Positions 37,153-48,525 of a stretch of 64,000 bases of DNA are shown piece by piece (the first letter of the stretch is position 1; each line of letters opens with the position of its first letter). This DNA comes from Squalus acanthias. Taxonomy: Eukaryota. The notes beneath the pieces were generated by a model. The model worked only from the letters and a program-made list of their open reading frames with translations. It was not told the origin of the DNA and made no database searches. The DNA is taken from NCBI GenBank assembly GCA_030390025.1, contig CM059432.1:39930001-39994000 (forward strand), in the 5' to 3' direction. Position numbers and translations under genes: made by a program.

Positions 37153-38829
37153 GGCCGGAAGTTTCCAGGGTATCAGCGGGCGGGATTGGTGGCGGGTTGG
37201 GTGGGAAAGTGTTTTTTTTTTTACAGCGGGTCGGGAACCCGCTGCAATGCGCCTTTCCCAATGGCGCGTGTGTGATCTCCAATCCGACCCGGCCCGCAGA
37301 GGCGGGTGACCCAGTTAAACCAATTATTGAGTTGTTGACAGACCCTTAATAATGCTTTTAACCTTTCCTTTTAACTTTTACTGCTCTCCCATGGGGTCCA
37401 CGCTGCTCGGGGACCATGTCTGTGAACCTGAGGCAGGAGTTGAATGGCCATTGCTGCAGCTGATTACTTGACAGCTTTAAATGTACAGTAACAGCTCCCA
37501 CCTGCCAGATCATCACGTTCCTCAGCCACAAGCTGTTTATCAGTCCATTTCCAGCACAGATTCTGCAGGCTTTCCACTTTCCACTCTCCATCCACTCTCA
37601 CCTCATTGGAAGAACTCTCTCACCATCTCTACTTCACCTGCCATCTATTCCATTAATATGGGTGCCCTTTATACGTCTCACCTTGGTCCTCAGAATCCAA
37701 CCATGATCAGCCCCAACACTAGCAGCGCCAGGCACACCAGCAGCACCAACAACAACACCATCCTTCTCCGCAATCACCTGATGCTGCACAGGACAGAGGA
37801 CATCAGCATCTGACCACATTGCTGCCCGGGAGACTAGGGATGGCCTCACCATGGCCAGATTTACTTCACTTGACGCTGTACACCCTGGCTGCCACTTGAT
37901 GCGCCAGGTTGGCACCACCCTACACCAACACCATAAAGCATCCCTACAATGTCCAAGCCATACCTTGCACACTCACCACCATTGCGGGGGGTAACGTTAT
38001 GTCTCACCATTCACTGCAATTCACTAAGCCACTTCCAAAGGTGCACACAAATCTGTTCAAGAACGCAAAGTTTTGAAAATAAAGATTTCAATGTTTGACA
38101 GCACATTAACAGAAACTTTACATAAACATTGGATAAAACACCCAAGTGCCTACCCTTGTGTGTTGTTAGTTGGTATGATTACACTCGGATGAGGGTGAGT
38201 GTGAGGGGTGGCTAGTGAGATGGGGATGTGATAATGTAGATAGAGAGGGATGGGTGGAGGTGCAAGGTAAGTTGGTGTGAGTAAGGATGTGCAGTGGTAG
38301 GGTAGGGAAGGTAGAGTGATGGGGATGTGATGAGAGGCACAGCAGGGTGAGGTTGAGTGTGGCTTTGTACTAACGTTTCATGATCTAATGAGATCATTGA
38401 AAGGTTTGTGCCACTGCACCCAGGTCCTCCTGACCACATCCCTGCTTGTGCCCTCCTCTGCAATGTGCAACCAGGCTGTTTTGGTCTCCTGGGGAAGTGT
38501 CTTCTGCGCATCGGAAGGGAAGAGGACCTTCCTGCGTACTCTCTTGGGAGAACCTGGGTGCAGCCCTGTGCCTTTGTGCTGTCATTGTCAGTGTTTGCAG
38601 CACTTCAATGCTGTAGAACACTGACAACACAAGAGTCAAAAGAAAGTTGGTTATGGTCCTTTTAAGGAAACTGGCTGATGACGCGTCATGAATGACATCA
38701 CCAGACCCACTTCCTCTAATTAGCCCGGGAAACACGCTAGGTGGGCTTAACAAGCCCTATCAACATAAATTCATTTTACACAATGGGATGGAGCCAGTGG
38801 GGGCCGCCGAGGTAAGGAAAATCCCGGCC
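37153..38829. mobile_element. Internally deleted Harbinger
   Basis: TIRs GGCCGGAAGTTTCC / GGAAAATCCCGGCC; TSD ATT; transposase N- and C-terminal remnants on + (MGAL..., HIAARETRDGLTMARF); Myb remnant on - (MTAQRHRAAPRFS). Confidence 0.88.
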
Positions 38830-40157
38830 ATTGTTCAGAAAAATGATAAGATTGGGCATTAGCACTAACTGAGTTTACCAAAATACTGTATAAGTTTCTC
38901 TGTGCCATCATGGAAAGAGGAAATATATCTACTAGTCATAAAACAAGAGCAAGATCAGGACACATAGTACTAATTGCTGAAAAATAATAAGTGGTCGATT
39001 TACAGGGATGTGAAAAATACAACTGCATAAATCCAACTTTTCCTGACAGCCCCAAAGTAATTTCCACTCATGCAAATTCACGCGTTCATTTTCCAATATG
39101 AGTAAGCTTTAATGGCTTTATTAATAATTCCTCAATAAAGTCACATTAAGTACTATACTCCATTGAAAAATTTAATTAATTACAGTTCAGACTCTAATGA
39201 GTCATAACCTTAATACAGATCATCAATCATTCAAGGACATCAATTGTGCTAACTAATTGAAAATCTATTAGCTTAAAACAAATTTTCCATGTAAATAGCT
39301 TTAAAAGACTATAAAGTAATTGGCTTAGCTATCCTCTCCTTTTATCTGTTTGTTTCAATTCCCAAGTTTCTCACTCTGAAAGATTTATGATTTCTCACTT
39401 TCAGATTCTCTAGCTTTGCTTCCATTTGAATCTCCTTTCCTCAAATTTTACAGTTCTCTCATTTGTGTGTGTCCATGTTCCTTCTCTTTGCCTATATATC
39501 TGTTAATCTTTGGTAATGCTCCTCTTAATTTGCCCATCCCTTGATCCTGCAGAGTTCTCAGTCTAATTCCTCTTTGTCTCCAACCCCCCACTCAGTCATT
39601 TATCTTGAAAGTGAGGGTCCAGAGAGAAGGCTGGCCCTAGCATGGGTCTACATGTTCAAGACACGAGGGTATAAGATGAAGGGTGGGCGAAGGAGTTGTA
39701 CTGTAATCCCAGTGCTGTTAATAAAGAGTATGAACAGACAAGTATATTTCCCTTTATCCACATTATCAGCATGCAGGAAACGTTACACTTCACAACTACT
39801 TTACACGGTTGATGGATGTATGGAATAGACTGTCAAGTGAGGCAGTGGGGGCTAATAATATCAGCAAATTCATGTGTTTGGATAAGTACTTGGAGAAAAT
39901 TTGATAAAGGGTATTGTACAACAGGTATTGTGGAATAGGATATTTTCTGGACCCTACGGTTGGCCAGATGGACTTCAGTGGTCTTTTCCGTCCTCTGCAG
40001 TGCCACATTCCTTTGATGTGAGAAATATTTTATTAAATCATGAATGTTATATTTGTTTTACTATTTGAAATCCTCACTGGCTTTCACAGTTACAATAATA
40101 TTTTTCATTTCATAACTACATTTTCGTTACAGGGTATACTATAACATTAAAAGTATA

Positions 40158-40331
40158 GGGGGGTTGAATTTCCATGGGGCTCTTCTGATCATCCATCATC
40201 ATCAACTTTGGCGGAAGGGCCACAGAAACCCCGTAAAAATAGCATTTACGTTATTTTTCCAGGGGTTTCCATGGCTTTTCCATTGAAGTCACAGCAGACA
40301 ATTGGGAGAACTCCCACGGAAATACAACCCC
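40158..40331. mobile_element. Palindromic Harbinger-type MITE
   Basis: Ends GGGGTTGAATTTCC / GGAAATACAACCCC with internal fold-back symmetry. Confidence 0.7.
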
Positions 40332-40522
40332 ATGCTGCAATTGTTAACTGCTTCTCTAAAGCGCAGTAGAGCTGATGTTCTGGCTTAGCACGCTTCACAT
40401 AAACACTGAGGAGAAACACCTAAAATGAACTTCGGTATAATACTAGAGTATTGGTGAAATATATCAATTTAATTACTGATATGCTAATAACATTCCAACT
40501 ACACGTAAGTGTAAGATTACAT

Positions 40523-40699
40523 GGGGTGGCGAATTTTGTTAGTTGTTCTCCTGCCGTCTACTGTAACTTCAACGGAAGAGCCAAGGACATCCCACAAAAA
40601 CAATAACAACACCGTTTATATGATTTTTCCGGGGTTTCTGCAGCTCTTCTGGAGAACTTACAGTGGATGATCAGGAGAACTTCCGTAGATATCCAACCC
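40523..40699. mobile_element. Second, more decayed copy of the same palindromic MITE
   Basis: Similar arms (gttctcc...aactt..cggaagagcc / ggggtttc...gatcaggagaac...ccaaccc). Confidence 0.6.
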
Positions 40700-40929
40700 T
40701 TGGAATTTAAGAATAAAAGTGTTAATTAAATTTTCACCATTTCTGTTTAAAAACAACTCCAATAATCATGAATAAAGCTGCTATTGTTTAAAAAAATCTA
40801 GCAGATCTCCCGTGGTGTTACTTGTGGATAGTCCAGAACCTGGAGTGTGGTTTCTGATCTTTACTGTGATCCTGCTGCAGCCTAAGTGAGACAGTGGCTT
40901 ATTCATCATCCAGAAAGCTTACTGAAGCT

Positions 40930-41193
40930 GGCCCCGATTTTAACTCTAGATTGATTCCCTGCTCTGGCCTGAGTTAAAATTACAATTGGATTTCAATTAT
41001 GTCATCCGACCACAACAGGCATATGTAAAGAAGGAACCTGTTGGCTTTGCTCTCCTTGCTGCCTGCTCAGGAGAGTAGGTTAAAATTGCAGATGTTGCAA
41101 TCATGGCGGCTTTCAGACACGTAAGAGCCAGGGCGATTTTAACTGCCCACCCGCCAGGTTTTTGCTGAGTGAGTCGGGTTAAAAATCGCCCCC
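40930..41193. mobile_element. Harbinger-type MITE remnant(s)
   Basis: GGCCCCGATTTTAAC ... GTTAAAAATCGCCCCC with repeated internal terminal motifs. Confidence 0.6.
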
Positions 41194-41363
41194 ATGACTG
41201 CTGACATGAAGTAATAATGTTGCACACCTTATTGATACTGAAAGAGCAAATCACACAGATATAAGTCTAGAAATTATTGTTTCAGCGCTATTGAGGGACT
41301 AACTGAGGGTTGTTTGATGTTTTTGAGAGTTATTATGCATGCTGGTTACCCCACAAATTTATT

Positions 41364-42214
41364 GGGCTGGATTTTCAATGACCCGTGGAGTCGGGTTTGG
41401 AGGCGGCGGGGGGGGGGGGGGTTAAAGTTGCAGATTCGGGGGTCCCGACCCCATCCCGCCTCCAACCCGCCTCCATGCCAGTTTCTCTGGTGGCGGGTAC
41501 CCGACCTGCTCTGAGACCCGACTCCCTGAGGCGGGAAGGGATTAGTGACAATTAACTGCCTGTTAACAGGTAGTTAACAGGCAGTTTTTTGCATAATCCC
41601 TATTTTAAAAAGAAAAGTGTGGGCTTCCCGACAGGTGGCAACCACGCCAAGTTATTGAGGCAGGCCGTGGGTCTGCAGGGGTTGGAGGGGTCGATATGTC
41701 CGGTGGGCAGGTGAGTGATGGGTGCATGTGTGCAGAGGTAAGTGTGTAAGGTAAGTGCTAAGTGTTGGAAAAAGTTTTACTTACCTTAACTTCCTCCTGC
41801 AGGTGTCAGCCCTTCAGTTCTCGGGAGTTAGAAATCTCACCGGCACAGAAAGCAGGAAAGCCGTGGTTCTGTCAGAAACGGCAGCCTTCTGTTTTCTGTG
41901 CTGGAATGATTTCTAACTCAGCCTGAGAGGAAGGACTGAAGTTAGAAATCATATTGTGAGTGTTTGACAGCTTCACAGAGCTGTCAAACGCTGATATTTC
42001 ATCTGTCAAAAGCTCTTGACAGATGAAATGTCAGTCTGTGACGTCACCTGTTGCCGGGTGGCCCTTAATTGGCCTGCTGAGCCCACTGGGCGGGCTCAAC
42101 AAGGTCAATCAAGGGAAAATACAGTGGGTTGGCCACATCTCGATGGAGGCGGGTTCACAAGCCAGAATGTGTGATTCCCGACCCCAACCCGACCCCAGAT
42201 TCAAAATCCAGCCC
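41364..42214. mobile_element. Non-autonomous Harbinger, 851 bp
   Basis: Perfect 12-bp TIR GGGCTGGATTTT / AAAATCCAGCCC; TSD ATT. Confidence 0.92.
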
Positions 42215-42379
42215 ATTGTTTCCTGGAGCTATGTTACAACGTGAACTTAAACACTTAACATAGTAGGGTGAAGCAGCAGAGTCAATAATATGGACCACCA
42301 GCTATGAACTGCAAGAATTAGCCATTTAAACAGTTGAAATGACACATGGAATCCCAGGACAGCGGTTACTGAGAAACAT

Positions 42380-42630
42380 TCCAGAAAAATGGGGTGTTTT
42401 ACTCCGAAGAAAGCCAAGTTCACTGACCAGGCACTGGAAATCCTGCTGAACAGAATGAGGGAGTAGAGGGGCAGACTGCTTGGGACTGATGGCCACCTTC
42501 CTCAGAAGTGCCTGATGCAGCTTGGACAGGAGGAGGTAGCTAAAAGGACAAATGCTGTGTCCTGGACTACAAGAGCTGCCAAGATAGTAGAAAGAAAGAT
42601 GCCAGACCTGGAAAAACCTGCTGAAGTATG
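42380..42630 (+). mobile_element. Ancient Myb/SANT-like exon remnant (Harbinger-derived)
   Basis: RRKAKFTDQALEILL...W..VA, with frameshifts. Confidence 0.45.
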
Positions 42631-43004
42631 GCAACAATACAGTTATGCAGGACACATAGGTGCCACGAGTAAGCCTGTAAGAAAGTAATGTCTGCTAAGC
42701 AGTAAGAGGAGGTTGCCCAGGCGCATAATGACAAAATAGGGACATTTAGGATGTATGCTGTAGTTACCCTTTGGAACTGCAAATGCAGCTTACAATTCTT
42801 AAAGGTGTTAGGGAGAAATTATTTCACTCCAGTCTGTTGATAGGTAAAAGCAAAAACAGTTTATTTAATATTCAGAGATCCCTGGGAGAAGCGTCACAGA
42901 CCTTGCACAGCCTGGTGACTACAGCTTCTCGACCTCCCGTTGTCAATGACAACCTTTTATTGAAGAGTTGTCCAATCACATAGTTACAAAATATCACATG
43001 ATTA

Positions 43005-43222
43005 CAAGTATGTCAATTCAAACTTAAACAATTAATTTGTTATATTCTAAACAATTTATGTCAGTTCAAACTAAATCATTAATTCGTTATATTTCAATTC
43101 AAACTAAATAATTATGTCGATTCAAACTAAACAATTATGTCGATTCAAACTAAACAATTATGTCGATTCAAACTAAACCATTAATTCGTTATATTCTTAT
43201 CTCTGTCAGTTACAAACTAAAA
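43005..43222. repeat. AT-rich minisatellite, about 23-bp unit aattatgtcgattcaaactaaac with longer degenerate units
   Basis: Three near-exact units at about 43110-43178 plus degenerate flanking copies. Confidence 0.85.
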
Positions 43223-43499
43223 GCATTAATGACGTGTATATATGCGGCTGTGTAGAAGCCCTGTCTGGCTCTTACAGTCGTTCTATTGTATTTTGGCCTT
43301 GGATGTTGCTAAGTATCACAACTCTCAACCAGGCCTTATCTTCCACCTGGGCTCTTTATTCTATTTCATACAGAAACGATAAATTATTTATTTTAATTTA
43401 ACATGAGTTCAAATTAACTCCTTCACTCCCCTTCAAAGGGATGTTACACAAGGAATATACACCTTCAATTTATAACACACAGTATGCCCCTGAAGCTGT

Positions 43500-43912
43500 G
43501 CAACATTAATAAACTTGCAGAATGGGTAGATAATTGGCAAACAAATTTCAACATAGATAAATGTGAGGTATTACATTTTGGTAAGAAAAATAAGGAGGTT
43601 ACATTTTACTTGGAAGATAAGAATCTAAATGGGGTAGAGGAGCAAAGGGATCGGAGAGTACAAATACAGAAATCACTACAAGTAGTGACACAGGTTAATA
43701 AGGCCATAAAAAAAGCAAACCAAGCACTAGGGTTTATTTCTAGAAGGTTAGAATTGAAAAGTAGAGAAGTTATGCTAAACTTGTATCAAACCTTGGTTAC
43801 TGTGTACAGTTCTGGTCGGCATATTATGAAAAGGATATAGAGGCACTGGAGAGAATACAAAAAAGATTTACAAGGATGATACCAGAACTGCGAGGTTATA
43901 CCTATCAGGAAA
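43500..43912 (+). mobile_element. CR1 RT fragment, same family as 12071-13563
   Basis: ORF 43484-43840 closely matches ORF 12788-13078. Confidence 0.88.
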
Positions 43913-43914
43913 GT

Positions 43915-44265
43915 TTACAACCAATTAAGTACTTTTGAAGCGTAGTCACTGTTGTAATGTAGGAAATGTGGCAGCCAATTTATGCACAGCAAGGGCCCAC
44001 AAACAGCAATGAAATAGATGTCCATTTCATCTATTTTACATTTTGGTTAAGGGATAATTATTAGCTAGAACACTGGCAGTACTCTCCTGCTCTTCTTCAA
44101 ATAGTGGATTGGATCTTTTACGTCCACCTGAGAGGACAGACGGGGGCTCGGTTTAACATTTTATCCAAAAGGATGGCACCTCCAACTTTGATATCTATTT
44201 GTTTGAAAGCACTTTAGGTGATTCAAAGATGTGATAAGTTGCTATGTAAATGGAAGTTCTTTCTT
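43915..44265 (-). mobile_element. SINE body (family of 36613-37041)
   Basis: Shared body: aagtacttttgaag.gtagtcactgttgtaatgt...cacaaacagcaatg...ggttaagggata. Confidence 0.7.
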
Positions 44266-44328
44266 TACTTCACAATTGATTTTTAATCTAAAAAATTATC
44301 GCAAAAATAAGCATACATAGTATTACAT

Positions 44329-45837
44329 GGGGAAAAATTCAGTTGGTTAGCACCTCCCGTTAGTGCCAGCAGCTGGCGCTAATGGGGCGTTGATGCAGTA
44401 GCGCCGGGGCGAGGCAAATCCAGCGATGCACAGCAAATCCGGACCCGCCGTTGCGCCGCCAGTACGAGGTACCGCTGGGGACTTCAACGCCAGGCAGATC
44501 ATGACGTCAGTGAGCGTCCAACGCTCACTGGGCGCCCGATCTGAAAAATTGATTTTCGCCACTTACCTTTACGCCTCGACCAGACAGCGACAGGGAGAGC
44601 GGGCGCACAGCTGACGGAAGCTGGCTCCAGCGACATTATTTAAAGGCAACAGCATTAATCACTTGCAGCTGTCAGGGCAGGTTAGTTTCAGTGGCTTCTT
44701 GTCAGTTTCAGCCAGTGGAGCAGTTTGTATGATTAACTTCAAGCTTCCTTTTTTATCAGCAGTCTTCTGGCAAGTGCAAAGTGGCTACATTTATTGTTCA
44801 AAGATTCAAACTGCTACCCTTGGCAATATTAATGGGGGCTGTACTGGCATGCCACCTCGCCCTCCAGGATCTATGGCGGAGGGAACGTAGGCAGCCAGAA
44901 ATACAGGAACATGTGCACAGAGGGATGAGGAGGGACATCTGGGCTCTCACCAGGAGGCCTTACCCTCCGAGGGTATTCTGACAGCACTTCACCTACCTTC
45001 AATTAAGCGAGGAGCAGTGTATTAGATGGCTCCACATCACCAAGGTGCTGGTCACAGAACTCTGCCATCTCCTCCAAACAGATCTCCAGCCTCACAGCAG
45101 GATGACTAAAACCCCAAATCCCATTTGCTCACCACATGCCCATCCCTGTGTCATGCCATATCACAGCATTCTCCTGGGTGCAAAGGTGAAATGAGAGAGA
45201 CCACAAAATATTGCAAACTCCATTAATAAATTTATGCATACACATATCACATTCATTCTAATAACTAATGATCCTTGTGACTGCCATAATTGAATAGCTG
45301 TCATTGTGTGCAAGGCGTGAGATGTGGGTGTGAGTGTTGGTAGGTAGAGATTGTTGGTGGGTGAGCGCTGGGGGTGTGGTGCTTTGGGCAGTGTGTGAAG
45401 CCGGTGATACAGATGGTGGTATGTAGCATTTGTTGAAGCATTCAATCACCCTGATCACAACTGAGGTGGATCTGCCATGAGCACACCTGCTTCAGTCCTT
45501 CGGCTCCTTCTCCTTGTTGTGCTTTTCCTTGCTGAGGCAGCTGCACAGCCAGCAATGCTGAGAATGAGGTGCTGCAGTATCTATGAACCTTCCCATTAAG
45601 TACTGGGAAAAGCCTGTGGCAATGATGAGTTGAGATTAGACTACACCCAATATTGGTCCACCCTTTGAGTGTAATGCCACTGAGCTAGGCCTTTAAGACT
45701 TGATTTAGTGCCCCAATCATTTCTTTGAGCAGTGAGAATGAATTTTGCGTGCAGTCTAAAGCATTAGCGCCTGGTGCTAATTCTCAAACTTTTCTGAAGA
45801 TACCAGCCATTCCTGGGCTATAATGAATTTCTAGCCC
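44329..45837. mobile_element. Older internally deleted Harbinger related to the 50078-54414 family
   Basis: Ends GGGGAAAAATTCAGTTGG / GAATTTCTAGCCC; transposase N-terminus MGAVL...RRPYPPRVF*...LSEEQC...LVTELCHLLQTDLQP on +. Confidence 0.85.
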
Positions 45838-45839
45838 AT

Positions 45840-46262
45840 AGTATTTACAGTACAGAAACAGGCCATTCGGCCCAACAGGTCCATGCCAGTGTTTATGCTG
45901 TACATGAGGCTCCTCCCACCCTTCTTCATCTAACCTCATCAACATACCCTTCTATTCCTTTCTCCCTCATATATTCCCCTTAAATGCATCTATGCTAGTC
46001 ACCTCAACTACTCCTTGTGGTAATAAATTCCACATTCTTACCACTCTCTGGGTAAAGAAGTTTCTCCTGAATTCCCTATTGGATTCATTAGTGACTATCT
46101 TATATTTATGGCCCCTAGTTCTGGTATCCCCCGCAAGTGGAAACATCTTCTCTACGACTACCCAATCAAATCCTTTCAAAATCTTGAAGACCTCTATCAG
46201 GTCACCCCTCGGTCTTCTCTTTTCTAGAGAAAAGAGTCCCAGCTTGTTCAATCTTTCCTGAT
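45840..46262 (-). mobile_element. CR1 3' end
   Basis: LGLFSLEKRR.RGDLIEVFKIL...FFTQRVVRMWNLLP plus 3' UTR. Confidence 0.88.
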
Positions 46263-46368
46263 AGTCCATATGAGAACTGAGAGGTTATAACTATCAACAT
46301 TTCACACTGACAGCCAATGTTTTGGGGCCCAACCAACGTGTCAATGTTTGCTGATGAAAGTCAGACCC

Positions 46369-47861
46369 TGTAAAATTCGCAATTATCGCGATTCGAAATA
46401 ACGAGATAAAGCAGATTCGTTTCATCAGTTTTATTTCAACGAAATGCTGTCATGATTAAACAGGACACAGAAGCCTGTAAAATGGCCGCCGCGCCTCATG
46501 GCAGAAGCTTCCAGAATTTTCAGTGGGCAGACAAGATGGCGTTCGAATAAACATTTCAGTATAAGATTGGTTAATACGCAGCAAACACTGATAAAGACAG
46601 GATGCAACCTGTCTGCATTCGACACAATAGCGAGAGATATAAGTGCTGGAATAATTTTCCATGCACAAGTAAGGACCATTGTACTGGGCAATCGAAGGCC
46701 CATCCAGATACATCACTACGCAAATTCCCCACGGCTCTACAATGAGAGAGCCATTCTCGGGTGATTAAGTCAGTATTCGAGGAGGCCCCAAAACCAGTCA
46801 GGGAGGCTCCTAGCCGGTTCGACAATGGGGAAAACATTAACGGATAGTTGGCCAGTTTAAGGTGCTACCGAAACCCATTAAAGGAAAGAATCGCCCCATG
46901 CTGGGAGTTTTGTGCACCAGTATTACACAAAGGACAAACATCAAGATTTGAGCGGGAGATAAGGGAACACAGCACTATAACTATAGTGAACAAATGTCCA
47001 TCGGGGGCTTATTCTCTGGATTCGACTCTTATCTCTGCTGACTTTTGACTCGGGCTGAGCTCTTGACTGTTTTATCTCGCTGATGACTGCTGAACTTTTA
47101 TTCTCCTATTCTGATCCTCGGGTATCGCTCTGCTGGACGAGCAGCTTTCTGTTTTTCTCTGGACTCTGTTGACTATGTTGGGTGGAGCTCGAACGGAACG
47201 AGCCGCCTCAACGAAGGCCAGTGACCGGGTGCACCATCCCGAGAGTCGGTAAACGGTGTCTGGACCCGAAGGCCCGACGAGACAAGACGAGATGAGACGA
47301 GAAGAAGAGGAGAAGAATCCACGTACCGCCACGGTCAGTAAACCCCGACCGCGCCCGAAAATACAAGAAAGAACTGCAGCGAAATGAACCGAGTGCCTCG
47401 TTTAAAATTCTCCGAAGTATCACGAGTGGTGAGCATGTTTCCCGACCCTACAAATCTAGATTAGTGTAGGTATTGATAGGGGAGGGTGGTTTTTATTAAG
47501 GATAAATATAATGTGTTCCCCTTTTTACGATGTGCCGTGCGTTCCTCATTACCCTAGACCAAGTTTTATGAATGTATGTATACTTGTACTGTCATTAATT
47601 TGTGCCTATGACATGTACTTCATGATTTTGGACGTTATACAATAAAGGTTTCCATTTCGTACTATTCAACCGGGTCTATTTGAGTTTTCTCTGCATTACT
47701 GCTCTCGCACCTAAGTCCAGTGTTAGAACCGTAAGGGCGAGTGGGTCGAACCACTCACAGGTGCTTATTGCAACAAGGCTGGCCGGAGACCAGAGCAAGC
47801 AATAGTATTAGGCAACGAAGGCCTAACCCCGCACAAGCACCTACGAACCGAACCCCTTACA
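46369..47861 (+). mobile_element. Solo LTR, 1493 bp (endogenous retrovirus or LTR retrotransposon)
   Basis: Starts TGTAA and ends TTACA; flanks ACCC / GCCC (4-bp TSD with one mismatch); AATAAA at 47641; sharply CpG-rich relative to its flanks. Confidence 0.75.
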
Positions 47862-48297
47862 GCCCTCTGCTCTTAGTCTTGCTCCTACCGGAGCCTGGTT
47901 GCTAACAGTCTGAACCAGACCCTTTTCACCTCAATGCTTTTCCTAATATTAATGGCACTGATTCCACCCTCTATACACTGTATTCAGGAATTCTTGCAAG
48001 TACGGGCATTTCTGTGCACAATACACAGATGCCGGAATGACTACTATTAGCATTAGGAGAAAGGGGCCCATTTCAGTCTATTAGCAACCAGGATTGGATA
48101 ACAGCAAGACTCATGGGGTGGGGAGGAAATAGATGACAATGATGGCAGGTGGGAAGGGTGAAATGGATAATAATGAAGGGGAGAGGGAAGGGATACTTTG
48201 GAGTGGGTGAGGAAGATGAGTGCCAGCATTAACTGACAGGGAGTTGGGAGAGGGAATGCCAGCATTAGCTGAGTGTGAAGAGTACCAGTTTGAAGTA

Positions 48298-48525
48298 GTA
48301 AAAGAAAGAAAGAACTTGCATTGATATAGCATCTTTCATGACCTCAGGACATCCCAAAGCACATCACAGCTACTGAAGTACCTTTGAAGTGCAGTCACTC
48401 ATATAATGTAGGAAACACGGCAGCCAATTTTTGCACAGCAAGGTCCCACAAACAGCAATGTGATAATGACATGGGGATCTATTTTTTTTAGTGATATTGG
48501 TTGAAGGATAAATGCTGGCCATGAC
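48298..48525 (-). mobile_element. SINE 3' part (family of 36613-37041)
   Basis: (aaag)n tail, aacttgcatt.atatagc..ctttca.gacctcagga, ggtcccacaaacagcaatg. Confidence 0.72.
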
